A DNA stretch of 64,000 bases from an uncultured archaeon. GTDB lineage: Archaea; Thermoproteota; Nitrososphaeria; Nitrososphaerales; Gagatemarchaeaceae. Of this stretch, positions 56,352 to 64,000 are shown in pieces. Within the stretch, counting starts at the first letter, position 1. The number at the start of each line of letters is the position of its first letter. The notes under the pieces are model-generated. The model was not told the origin of the DNA. It made no database searches and saw only the letters and a list, made by a program, of their open reading frames with translations. Position numbers and translations under genes: made by a program. The stretch is from NCBI GenBank assembly GCA_963817525.1, contig CAWFOU010000001.1, positions 960,001 through 1,024,000 of the forward strand, read 5' to 3'.

Positions 56352-57032
56352 ATGAACAAGGCGGTCACGATCTCCGGGGCGCTCGTCTGCGCGTCCGGGG
56401 TCGCGATGTTCTTCCTCGTGGGGGCCCTCCACTCCGAGACCTATCGGGCGGCCATCCTGATCTACCAGTACTCCGCGCTGGTCGTGTCGGTGATAGGGGC
56501 CGGCGCCGCGGTCGTCGGCGCGGTGGCGCGGGACGTGCCTCTCCGCACCATCGACACCGAGGGGGTCGCGCGATTCTATTTCCGCCTGGCGCTGGTCAAC
56601 ACGATTGCGGCAGCCCTCTTCGCCGCGCCCCTGCTAGACCCGAAGTTCAAGTTCCCGATACTGATAACCCAGTGGCCCGGCGTCTACATGGTCGTCGCAT
56701 ACACGTTCTTCGTCCTGGTGGGGGTCGTGGGGACGCTCTGCTGGGGGATATTCTTCCACCTCATGCCCAGCATGTTCGACAGGAGCTCAGTCAGGCGGTT
56801 CTGGCTCCTCGCCCAGGTGGTCGTGACCGAGGTGGGCGTCTACGCCCTGGCGATATTCATGTTCCTCGGAGGATACATCGGGGCGTCGCTCAGCTACTCC
56901 GGGGCGGGGGACTTTATCGTCGGCGCGCAGATGGAGGTCGCGGTGATCCCCTCGGCGCTCGGCATCTTCCTGGTTATGTTGGGGACACTGGTAGGGGTGG
57001 CCAACGTCCTCCTTGCGAGGAACGGGACTTAA
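56352..57032 (+). CDS. Multi-pass membrane protein
   Basis: About six hydrophobic helices. Confidence 0.7.
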   Translation: MNKAVTISGALVCASGVAMFFLVGALHSETYRAAILIYQYSALVVSVIGAGAAVVGAVARDVPLRTIDTEGVARFYFRLALVNTIAAALFAAPLLDPKFKFPILITQWPGVYMVVAYTFFVLVGVVGTLCWGIFFHLMPSMFDRSSVRRFWLLAQVVVTEVGVYALAIFMFLGGYIGASLSYSGAGDFIVGAQMEVAVIPSALGIFLVMLGTLVGVANVLLARNGT

Positions 57033-57098
57033 GACACGGCGGTCAGAGCAAAGGCTTTATCATAGATTTCAGCGTTAGTCGAATATCGTATATTATCT

Positions 57099-57533
57099 AT
57101 GAATCCAAAAGCCTTAGCTCTGATAGCGGTCATCGTGGTCGCCGTGATCGCGAGCGGCGCATACCTTTCCGGGACCTTCGGGGGGTCGAAGACGAGTTCC
57201 AGCGGTCAGACCATAGACATGCAGGTCATCGGAGGCGTAGGAGTAGGCACCGTCGACACCTACGTCCCCGCAAACTTCACGGTCACAGAGGGGAGGAACG
57301 TCACGCTGGTGATCTTGAACACCGACGACAACAGGCACGGGATAGCGATCCCCCAGTTCGGCCTGAAGAACACCCTCATTCCCCCCGGCGACACGGTCCG
57401 CGTCTCGTTCGTCGCCAACGAGACGGGGGTCTTCAAGTACTCTGAGCCTGCGGGAGACTGCGCGGGAGGCTTCGGCGGCGTCTGCAACAGCGTCCAGCAC
57501 ATGTGGGGCTGGATAACCGTGCTCCCGCCTTAG
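57099..57533 (+). CDS. Membrane-anchored cupredoxin
   Basis: P..F.V..G..V.L...N.D...HG..I, G.F.Y, C..C..HM. Confidence 0.8.
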   Translation: MNPKALALIAVIVVAVIASGAYLSGTFGGSKTSSSGQTIDMQVIGGVGVGTVDTYVPANFTVTEGRNVTLVILNTDDNRHGIAIPQFGLKNTLIPPGDTVRVSFVANETGVFKYSEPAGDCAGGFGGVCNSVQHMWGWITVLPP

Positions 57534-57561
57534 CCAGATCGAAAGCGCGGGGACCGCTCGG

Positions 57562-58689
57562 CTAGCCCGAGAGGAGGAAGGTCGTGGTCATCTCGGATAT
57601 GCTCGGCTCCGAGCACACAGGCGGGGCAGTGGTTGAGGAGGTCGACCCGGCGCCCAGCGTGGCGCAGATCAGCGAGACGTAATAGTCTGCGGCCGCGTAC
57701 TCCGTCCACGCGAACTGGTCGTCAGGGTTAGCGAGGCTCTCCAAGACCTGCTCGTGGGTCATCGTCGCCAGGGGGAGGAGGGTGGAAGCCGCGGCGGAAG
57801 AGTTGGAAGACGTCGACGAGCTCGACGTCGAGGTCGCCTCTCCAAAGTCCGTCGCGTCCGCGCCGGGGACGTTGTAGCCGCCCCAGACGGTGTACGGGGT
57901 CCCGTCGAAGTTGTTCAAGCCGACCAGGTAGTTAGTGGCCTTCTCGTAGACGGTGTTGTTGGCGTCGATCGCCTGCTGCTGGAAGTATGTCAGGGTCTGC
58001 ATCTGGAACCCCGAGGTTATCGGTGAGGCGTAGTCTATGGAGAGGAAGTTGACGTAGGTGCCGTCGAAGAAGTTGCCAAAGTCGGCGGCGGACGTGGCGT
58101 TGTAAGGGGCCGGAGCCCAGTATATCGTGGGGACGTCCTGGTCACCCCACGAGCTATAGCCCAAGAACAGGTTCTGGAAGACGCCGAACCTGCTGAGGGC
58201 GAGCGCCATCGCCCAGCGGTTCTCGCCGCAGTAGACGCAGGAGATGGCCCCAAGGTAGATGACGGCCGGCTTGCCGTTGACGGTGAAGAGCGGCGCGTTG
58301 ACGACGTCCTGCCCGACCAGGGCCGTGAGGCTGCCGTTCAGGTACATGCGAGCGGCGGTGTCGAAGTAGGAGTCCGGCTCGCTGTTTATCACCGCGAGCT
58401 GGCTCGCGTTCATCGGGACGTTGATGTCGGTGAGCCTGTGCCCGAAGGGCTGCTCGGTCAATATGGGCGGCGCGGCGGCCAGGGAGATGGAGGGGGTAAT
58501 CAGCGGGCCCGTCACGAAGACCGGCCCGAGGGCGGTCGTCGAGGTGCGCGCCTCGGAGATGTCGCGTGTCAGCACCACCGATAGAGCGCCGATGAAGACG
58601 AGGGCCGCGACGCTGAACACCAGGCCCGTGTACGCGGCGAGCTTGATGCCCCTGTAGCCCTTCGCGGGCTCTGACGTGGCGAAGCGCAT
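57562..58689 (-). CDS. DUF929-family thioredoxin-like surface protein
   Basis: NGKP.V.Y.GA..C.YC...RWA...ALSRFG.F..L. Confidence 0.8.
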   Translation of the reverse strand: MRFATSEPAKGYRGIKLAAYTGLVFSVAALVFIGALSVVLTRDISEARTSTTALGPVFVTGPLITPSISLAAAPPILTEQPFGHRLTDINVPMNASQLAVINSEPDSYFDTAARMYLNGSLTALVGQDVVNAPLFTVNGKPAVIYLGAISCVYCGENRWAMALALSRFGVFQNLFLGYSSWGDQDVPTIYWAPAPYNATSAADFGNFFDGTYVNFLSIDYASPITSGFQMQTLTYFQQQAIDANNTVYEKATNYLVGLNNFDGTPYTVWGGYNVPGADATDFGEATSTSSSSTSSNSSAAASTLLPLATMTHEQVLESLANPDDQFAWTEYAAADYYVSLICATLGAGSTSSTTAPPVCSEPSISEMTTTFLLSG

Positions 58690-58751
58690 GTCTAGAGAAA
58701 ACTCGACCCAGTTGTATAAACGATTCTAGCGGAAGGACGAGCTGCGCAGCC

Positions 58752-60167
58752 TCACGCGGCGGGGATAGGCGAAGGCTGCGTCGCGCCGCTACGAGACCGT
58801 GGCGAGGAGGCGCTCATGCGCGGCCCCAGGCTGATCGCCGTGAGGCTCCTCTTCCCGAGGGCGACCATCACCATCGCCGCGCAAGAGACGATCAGGCCGA
58901 GTAGGCCTACCGCCCCCGCGTCTGAGACCAGGCTCGAGAGGGAGGGCGCGTGTGAGCTCAGCACGAACGCGCCACTCGCAGCTCCGCCAGGCACGACCGG
59001 GGAGGGCTCATCAAGCGCGCCGATTGGCCCGCTCCCGGGCCCCGCGATGGGCGCTGCGGCTGGCACCGTGGGCCCACTGCCCTTGAGGTTTGAGAACACA
59101 GGCATCGCCGCGGTCATGCCCAGTCCCCCGGATGCGGACAGGACGTTGATGGTCCCGTTCATCGATTCGCCGGTGTTGAGCGAAGAGTAGTAGAAGTAGC
59201 TACCCGGCGTCGTGAACGTATAGCTATAGACTTGGAACTGGCCGATGGTCGAGGAGTTTGCGCCCGGAATGGTCGTGAATACCACGCTGTGCGTGCCGGG
59301 GCCCGTCGCTCCTCCGCAGGACGATGCAGGGCCGTCAAGATTCTGCCAGTAGACCGTGCCTCCAACCGTGACGTTCAGTGTGGGAGGTAGGAACACGCTG
59401 TTCTCCATCACTACACGATACTGGACGACCCTCAGGTTGAAGGTCGCCGATTGCGAGTTCGCTCCCGAAACCCCCTTGACTGTGATGCTGTCGTTGCCAA
59501 GTGCCGCACTCGTGCTAGCCTCCACCGTCAAGGTCACGTTCAGGGCCGTGGAGCCAGGCAGCGTAACCGGGCTGGCCGGCCCAAACAGCACCGTTATCCC
59601 CGCCGGCGCAGTGCTGGTGAGGGTCACGAGTTCGTTGTTGGGTGCCAACTCGTGGCTAATCCCGAGGACCACCACTTCTGTGTAGCTGCCCGGGGATACC
59701 CATTCGGCGTTGGAGTAGTAGAGCGCGAAGTAGAATCCAAACGACACACCGGAAGACGTCGTCGAATTCGAGGTGCTGGAGGACGTGCTCGAAGTCGAGG
59801 AAGAAGATGAGGTCGAGGACGACGAGCTAGAGGAAGTGGAGGATGAGGTGGAACTGGAAGCTGTCGACGAGCTCGTCGACGCACTCGTGGTAGAGGAGGT
59901 TGACGAGGTCGAAGAGGGCGGCGGCGCAAGGGTGGACGTGGTAGTCGAAGAGGGCGGGGAGGACGTCGTCTGGCTCGAAACCGTCGACGACTGGCTGGCC
60001 GTGGTCTTCGCCGCGCTCGAGCTTACCGCGTAATAACCACCCACCGCCGCTACTATGATTACTACCACAATCGCGGCAATGATCGTGGTGCTGATCGCGC
60101 TCCGTCCCCGGAGGCTGACGAAGGGTCTGCCACTATCCCCTGCGCGTTTTCGGGCCAACTTTTCCAA
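58752..60167 (-). CDS. Ser/Thr-rich surface protein with degenerate cupredoxin domain
   Basis: Class III-like signal RSA|IS, S/T stalk, F.P..L.V..G.TV.W.N.D..HSV, YTF..PG.Y.Y, C-terminal TM. Confidence 0.75.
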   Translation of the reverse strand: MEKLARKRAGDSGRPFVSLRGRSAISTTIIAAIVVVIIVAAVGGYYAVSSSAAKTTASQSSTVSSQTTSSPPSSTTTSTLAPPPSSTSSTSSTTSASTSSSTASSSTSSSTSSSSSSSTSSSSSTSSTSSSTSNSTTSSGVSFGFYFALYYSNAEWVSPGSYTEVVVLGISHELAPNNELVTLTSTAPAGITVLFGPASPVTLPGSTALNVTLTVEASTSAALGNDSITVKGVSGANSQSATFNLRVVQYRVVMENSVFLPPTLNVTVGGTVYWQNLDGPASSCGGATGPGTHSVVFTTIPGANSSTIGQFQVYSYTFTTPGSYFYYSSLNTGESMNGTINVLSASGGLGMTAAMPVFSNLKGSGPTVPAAAPIAGPGSGPIGALDEPSPVVPGGAASGAFVLSSHAPSLSSLVSDAGAVGLLGLIVSCAAMVMVALGKRSLTAISLGPRMSASSPRSRSGATQPSPIPAA

Positions 60168-60375
60168 GAGTCACTATCCTTTTGGATGCTTATATGATTT
60201 CCCACTGGGAAGAGGCCAACAACGCGACAATGCGGCGCCGAGGAGTTCGCCCAAGGGTCTTCGAAGTTCTGACGAAATTCACCATATTGGTGGACGCTTG
60301 AGCCAAAAGGTCTCTATTCGAGGTTGAGGCGTCTGATAGCAACGCCTAATTAGAGCTCTCCCCCTTTGGCCCGAC

Positions 60376-62145
60376 GTGAGCGCGATCACCCGGAGTCATT
60401 CAAGGCCGCGGGCATTGGCCACCTCTCTGTCGGTGGTCTCCGGCCTTTTGTGCTTCGTCCTCGTTTTCGCACCGGCCAGCGCGGCTGCTGCGACGCCCGC
60501 GATAGTTGTCTCCCCGCCCAACGGCCCCGTCGGTACCCTCCTGACGATCGACGGGACGGGCTTCCCAGCGAACACCCCCATCTACCTGGGATGGGTCTCC
60601 CAGAACGCGAGCTGGGACGTGAAGGCCATCCCGGTGCCGCAGGTGGCGGGGATAAGCACGACGCCCTTGGTATACAAGCTCGCGACGACTACGAGCAGCG
60701 CCTCGGGCGGCTTCTCGCTACAAGTCAAGGCGCCCGTCGATTATGGAGGCACCCACACGATTCAGGCTTATGCGACCAACGGGACTGCAATCAGCCCGGT
60801 GGCTTCATTCAGTCTGGCGCCCAGCTTCAGCGTCTCACCTTTGAGCGGGCCCGCGGGGAGCCCGATCAACGTCGTGGGGGCTGGCCTCGGCATAGGCGTA
60901 TACTCGACCACGTATTGCCTGCACTGGGACAACAACGTCGTGGGGTACATGTCAGCGGTCACCACGGGCGGGGTGGCCAACTTCACGTTCTACGCCTCTG
61001 GCACGCCGGGGACTCACTACATCTCAATTGCCCATTGCAACACCGGCCCGGGGTACTTCAACCCGGCTCAGGGTCCGCCCTCCGTCTCCGACTCCGACCC
61101 GCCATACGTCCCCTTCTACACCAACTACACCGTGATGCCTGAGAACGTCGTGCTATCGTCGGCTTCCTCCACGACGAACGACGCCTTCACCACTCACGGC
61201 GGAATCGGGGCGTCGTCCCTCGCGCTAGTCGGAGTTTTCCTCTTCGCGGGGATGGGGCTCTTCGTCTATGCGAGGAAGGGTCGCGAGGAGCGCAAGGCCA
61301 TGTCGAAAGCCGTCATAGCAGTCGCGATCATAGTGATCATAGCGATTGGAGGGATAGGGCTTTACGCGACGATGCAGTCGCACGGCACCAGTTCAACTAC
61401 CCAGACGTCCGCCGGGCCTGAGGTCGTATTCACGCCTGTGGCGACGGTGCTCCGGCCGCAAATCGCTGTGCCCGTTAACAATGTGACCACAGGCCCGATG
61501 ATCGAGGTCACCCCGACTATCGCGAGCGTAGGGTCGACGATCAATGTCACCGGTAAAGGCTTCGCTCCCAACCAGCAGTTGCCGCTCGTCATGACCGACA
61601 GAGTGGGGAGCAACCTTCTAGGCTTCAAGCTGGAGAGTCTGCCCTTCGCGAACGTGACTACCGGGGGAGACGGCTCGTTCTCGTTAAGGGCAAGGGTGCC
61701 TCTCACCTTGGGAGGAATCCACTACATCGCCGCCGGAAACCTGACCGAGCGGTCCAACGGCACCCTCTTCGTCCAGAGGACCGCGACGATCAGCGCGACC
61801 CAGGGCCCCGCTGGCACCCGGATAGTGATTCAGATGTATGGTGTTGGATGGGACTACAACACCAACATAGTCACCCTGGACTATGACAACAACTACCTAG
61901 GTTATGCCTGCGGGTTCAATAGCCAGGGGAACGTGACCATGACCATCACTGCAACCGGGGCCCCGGGGATACACGACATCGACATCTATCCGTCGATGTG
62001 GTGGGGACCGGTCACCTCTAGCAACTACCAAACACTGCCAGGCGACGGGCAACTCCTGAACTATGCGCAACCGATGCTGACGCCTTTTGACCACCCAGAG
62101 CTTATGCCTTCGTTCCACTTCACGTTCCTAATCACCTCGGGCTAG
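60376..62145 (+). CDS. Exported protein with duplicated Ig/IPT-like modules separated by a TM hairpin
   Basis: Signal peptide; repeated 'VSP..GPVG...TI.G.GF' modules in both halves. Confidence 0.8.
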   Translation: MSAITRSHSRPRALATSLSVVSGLLCFVLVFAPASAAAATPAIVVSPPNGPVGTLLTIDGTGFPANTPIYLGWVSQNASWDVKAIPVPQVAGISTTPLVYKLATTTSSASGGFSLQVKAPVDYGGTHTIQAYATNGTAISPVASFSLAPSFSVSPLSGPAGSPINVVGAGLGIGVYSTTYCLHWDNNVVGYMSAVTTGGVANFTFYASGTPGTHYISIAHCNTGPGYFNPAQGPPSVSDSDPPYVPFYTNYTVMPENVVLSSASSTTNDAFTTHGGIGASSLALVGVFLFAGMGLFVYARKGREERKAMSKAVIAVAIIVIIAIGGIGLYATMQSHGTSSTTQTSAGPEVVFTPVATVLRPQIAVPVNNVTTGPMIEVTPTIASVGSTINVTGKGFAPNQQLPLVMTDRVGSNLLGFKLESLPFANVTTGGDGSFSLRARVPLTLGGIHYIAAGNLTERSNGTLFVQRTATISATQGPAGTRIVIQMYGVGWDYNTNIVTLDYDNNYLGYACGFNSQGNVTMTITATGAPGIHDIDIYPSMWWGPVTSSNYQTLPGDGQLLNYAQPMLTPFDHPELMPSFHFTFLITSG

Positions 62146-62293
62146 TCCTGGACCGGCGCGGTCTACGGTAACTATCGGAATCGAACGCGAATCCGACAAC
62201 CTAGGCATCCCCATAGCTGTTGAAGTGGGATTGTCCGAAGTGTGGCCCGAATCCAGAGTCTGAGAGAGCCGACGTTCCAGAAGTTCCGCATCT

Positions 62294-63064
62294 TCAGAAA
62301 AGATTTACGATGAAGCCCGCAATGAACCCGAGGAAGACGCCAAGGTAGGCGATCCTCTGCGCCGCGTGGTCCATGTCCCTGAAGAGCATCTTCAGCATGG
62401 GGAGGATGACGTAGAGGATTGTCCCGATGGCCACACCGTTGAAGACCAGGGTGAAGTATCGGGAGCTGTAATAGTACCCCAGGCCGCCCCCGAGTATCGT
62501 GGGGAGACCGCCCACGAGGAACAGGCCCATCATGGTCGGGACCTTCCACGAGTCCCTTCCGAGGAACGGGGATGCGATGGGGAAGCCCTCGGTAAGGTTC
62601 TGGAACGTGAACCCGACAAGGACTACGAGCGTCACGCCCGTCAGGCCGAGGGTGAAACCCAGCGACCCGAAGACCAGGCCTTCCGTCAGGTTCTGGAAGC
62701 CGATTCCCAGCGCGATCAGGAGCGCCAGCCTGGTCGGGCTGAGTCCCTTGTGCGAGCGGTTCTCGAAGAGGTAGAGGATTGCAAAGCCGGCGATGATGGA
62801 GAGCGTGAATATCGTGTCGTAGGTCGGGTTGGACCCGTAGCCCGCAAGGGTCCCCGTGCTGTAGAGTATCGGCGAGACGTCAGAGAAGATGTCCAGGAGA
62901 AGGAAGATCAGTATTCCGATGGCGGCCGCGAGGAGCATCCTTTTCCCGGAAGGTCCTAGCCTCCTGTTCATCAGCAGCGGCAGGGAGATGTAGATGGAGA
63001 GACCCATTATCGCGGAGAGCAGTAGGGTGTCCAGGAAATCCAAGTTTCCCGATGCCGATAACAT
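62294..63064 (-). CDS. ZIP-family divalent metal transporter
   Basis: IGFQNLTEG and FQNLTEGF (H replaced by Q in both metal motifs); multiple TMs. Confidence 0.85.
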   Translation of the reverse strand: MLSASGNLDFLDTLLLSAIMGLSIYISLPLLMNRRLGPSGKRMLLAAAIGILIFLLLDIFSDVSPILYSTGTLAGYGSNPTYDTIFTLSIIAGFAILYLFENRSHKGLSPTRLALLIALGIGFQNLTEGLVFGSLGFTLGLTGVTLVVLVGFTFQNLTEGFPIASPFLGRDSWKVPTMMGLFLVGGLPTILGGGLGYYYSSRYFTLVFNGVAIGTILYVILPMLKMLFRDMDHAAQRIAYLGVFLGFIAGFIVNLF

Positions 63065-63115
63065 ATGTGATATATTTAACGTAGACGGCGTTAACTCCGG
63101 GGGTTAACGGTGTTA

Positions 63116-63685
63116 TTAACGGCCTGACGTCGTGGCCGGGCCGAGCCCCGAACGCGCGATCTGCCTGAGGTAGTAGTAGACCGAGAGGACGTCGACGACG
63201 ATGATGACCTCGACGATGGCCTCCTGGTACGCGGCGAGGAAGGACAGGACCCCGCTCACCTCGAGCGAGTTCAACCCGATGAAGTACATCAGAGGCCCGA
63301 GCAGCGGGAGGTTGCACGAGCACGTCGCGACGAACGCCCCAAGCGCGACCCCGACCGGGCTCTGCGCGACACCCACCACGGAGCGGCGCCTAAGCGCCAG
63401 CCTCAGGTAGGCGACCGCCACCGTCGCCTGAGCGGACGATGCGAGAATGATGAGGAACAGGAGCGAGTACGGGATCGTAAGGAGGAAGTAGCCCCCGTTA
63501 GTGTGTAGAATCAGCTCGTAGAAGAGAAGGTAGTAGGCTGCGAAGAAGACCGCGTTGGTCAGCAGGGTCTTCCAAGAGGAGTAGAGCGCGATGAGCGTGT
63601 GGAGGACCCCGTCTCTGGACCTCGCCTGACTAGCCCTCCCTCGCGATGTACCCGCCGACATCTGCCTCCCATGCGCAATCCCCAT
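63116..63685 (-). CDS. Membrane protein with CSC motif
   Basis: About four TMs with ATCSCNLPLL; start uncertain. Confidence 0.65.
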   Translation of the reverse strand: MGIAHGRQMSAGTSRGRASQARSRDGVLHTLIALYSSWKTLLTNAVFFAAYYLLFYELILHTNGGYFLLTIPYSLLFLIILASSAQATVAVAYLRLALRRRSVVGVAQSPVGVALGAFVATCSCNLPLLGPLMYFIGLNSLEVSGVLSFLAAYQEAIVEVIIVVDVLSVYYYLRQIARSGLGPATTSGR

Positions 63686-63780
63686 CGATATGAAGCTCTC
63701 CCCGCAGGTCGTTCGCTTGAGCCTGGACGCGGACCGGCCCGACCGCTGACTTTTCGGGCGATTATGAGAATCTTTTATAA

Positions 63781-63798
63781 AGTCGACAGTTATCGACT
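63781..63798. promoter_or_regulatory. Inverted-repeat operator downstream of TATA
   Basis: agtcga-N6-tcgact immediately after ttttataa (63773-63780). Confidence 0.5.
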
Positions 63799-63819
63799 AG
63801 TCTTCATCGAGGTATTTTC

Positions 63820-64000
63820 TTGGCTAGACTAGCGAGGTTTGCCTTTATCGTCGTAGCGGCCCTTCTTGTGTTCGGCGGGTTCTCGAACGCGGTCGTACAC
63901 GCCCAGCAGGCCTCGTCTCCCGTCTCGGTCGCCGATTGGCCGACATCGTCCTTCAACTACCAGAACACGAACTACGACCCCCAGACCGTTATCAACTCCA
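63820..64000 (+). CDS. Secreted protein, probable PQQ-binding beta-propeller (5' part)
   Basis: SD GAGGT, TTG start, signal peptide VHA|QQ, 'DWPT..FNYQNTNY.PQT.IN' typical of PQQ dehydrogenase N-termini. Confidence 0.65.
   Translation, partial: MARLARFAFIVVAALLVFGGFSNAVVHAQQASSPVSVADWPTSSFNYQNTNYDPQTVINS

Noticed and set aside
59750-60000. Repetitive gacgag/gagga tract as CRISPR or tandem repeat
   Set aside because: Encodes a Ser/Thr stalk; no constant repeat-spacer period, and no CRISPR array or cas gene seen in the window

Overview
High-GC archaeal chromosome segment, most likely from a non-ammonia-oxidising Nitrososphaerota (Thaumarchaeota) lineage. This is inferred from the ribosomal cluster starting at L22 and lacking L34e/L14e, the sdhA-C-D-B order, and frequent TTG/GTG starts. 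Core genes: a CoxG/CoxL-like molybdo-hydroxylase pair, purA, tRNA-Ser(GGA), the L22..secY-adk-cmk-cbf5 operon, succinate dehydrogenase, a SUF operon, a haloarchaea-type mevalonate-phosphate decarboxylase and a surface/metal-handling cluster (cupredoxins, DUF929, ZIP). Accessory content: (1) an ~11 kb lower-GC element integrated in tRNA-Ser (57-bp att repeats at 4972-5028 and 16017-16073) whose SSV1-type integrase is split by integration. It carries a candidate defence module (RHH-wHTH / wHTH / MORC-type GHKL ATPase / unannotated 52-aa HNH-like peptide) and two PD-(D/E)XK-like proteins. (2) Two LAGLIDADG inteins in one Fe-S assembly operon, in SufB and, unusually, in SufS directly before the PLP-binding SGHK motif. 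(3) A 2383-bp IS6-family element with perfect 22-bp TIRs, an 8-bp TSD and three passenger genes, lying between sufC and sufB, which share an operator-like palindrome. All protein calls come from motif recognition by eye; no searches were run.
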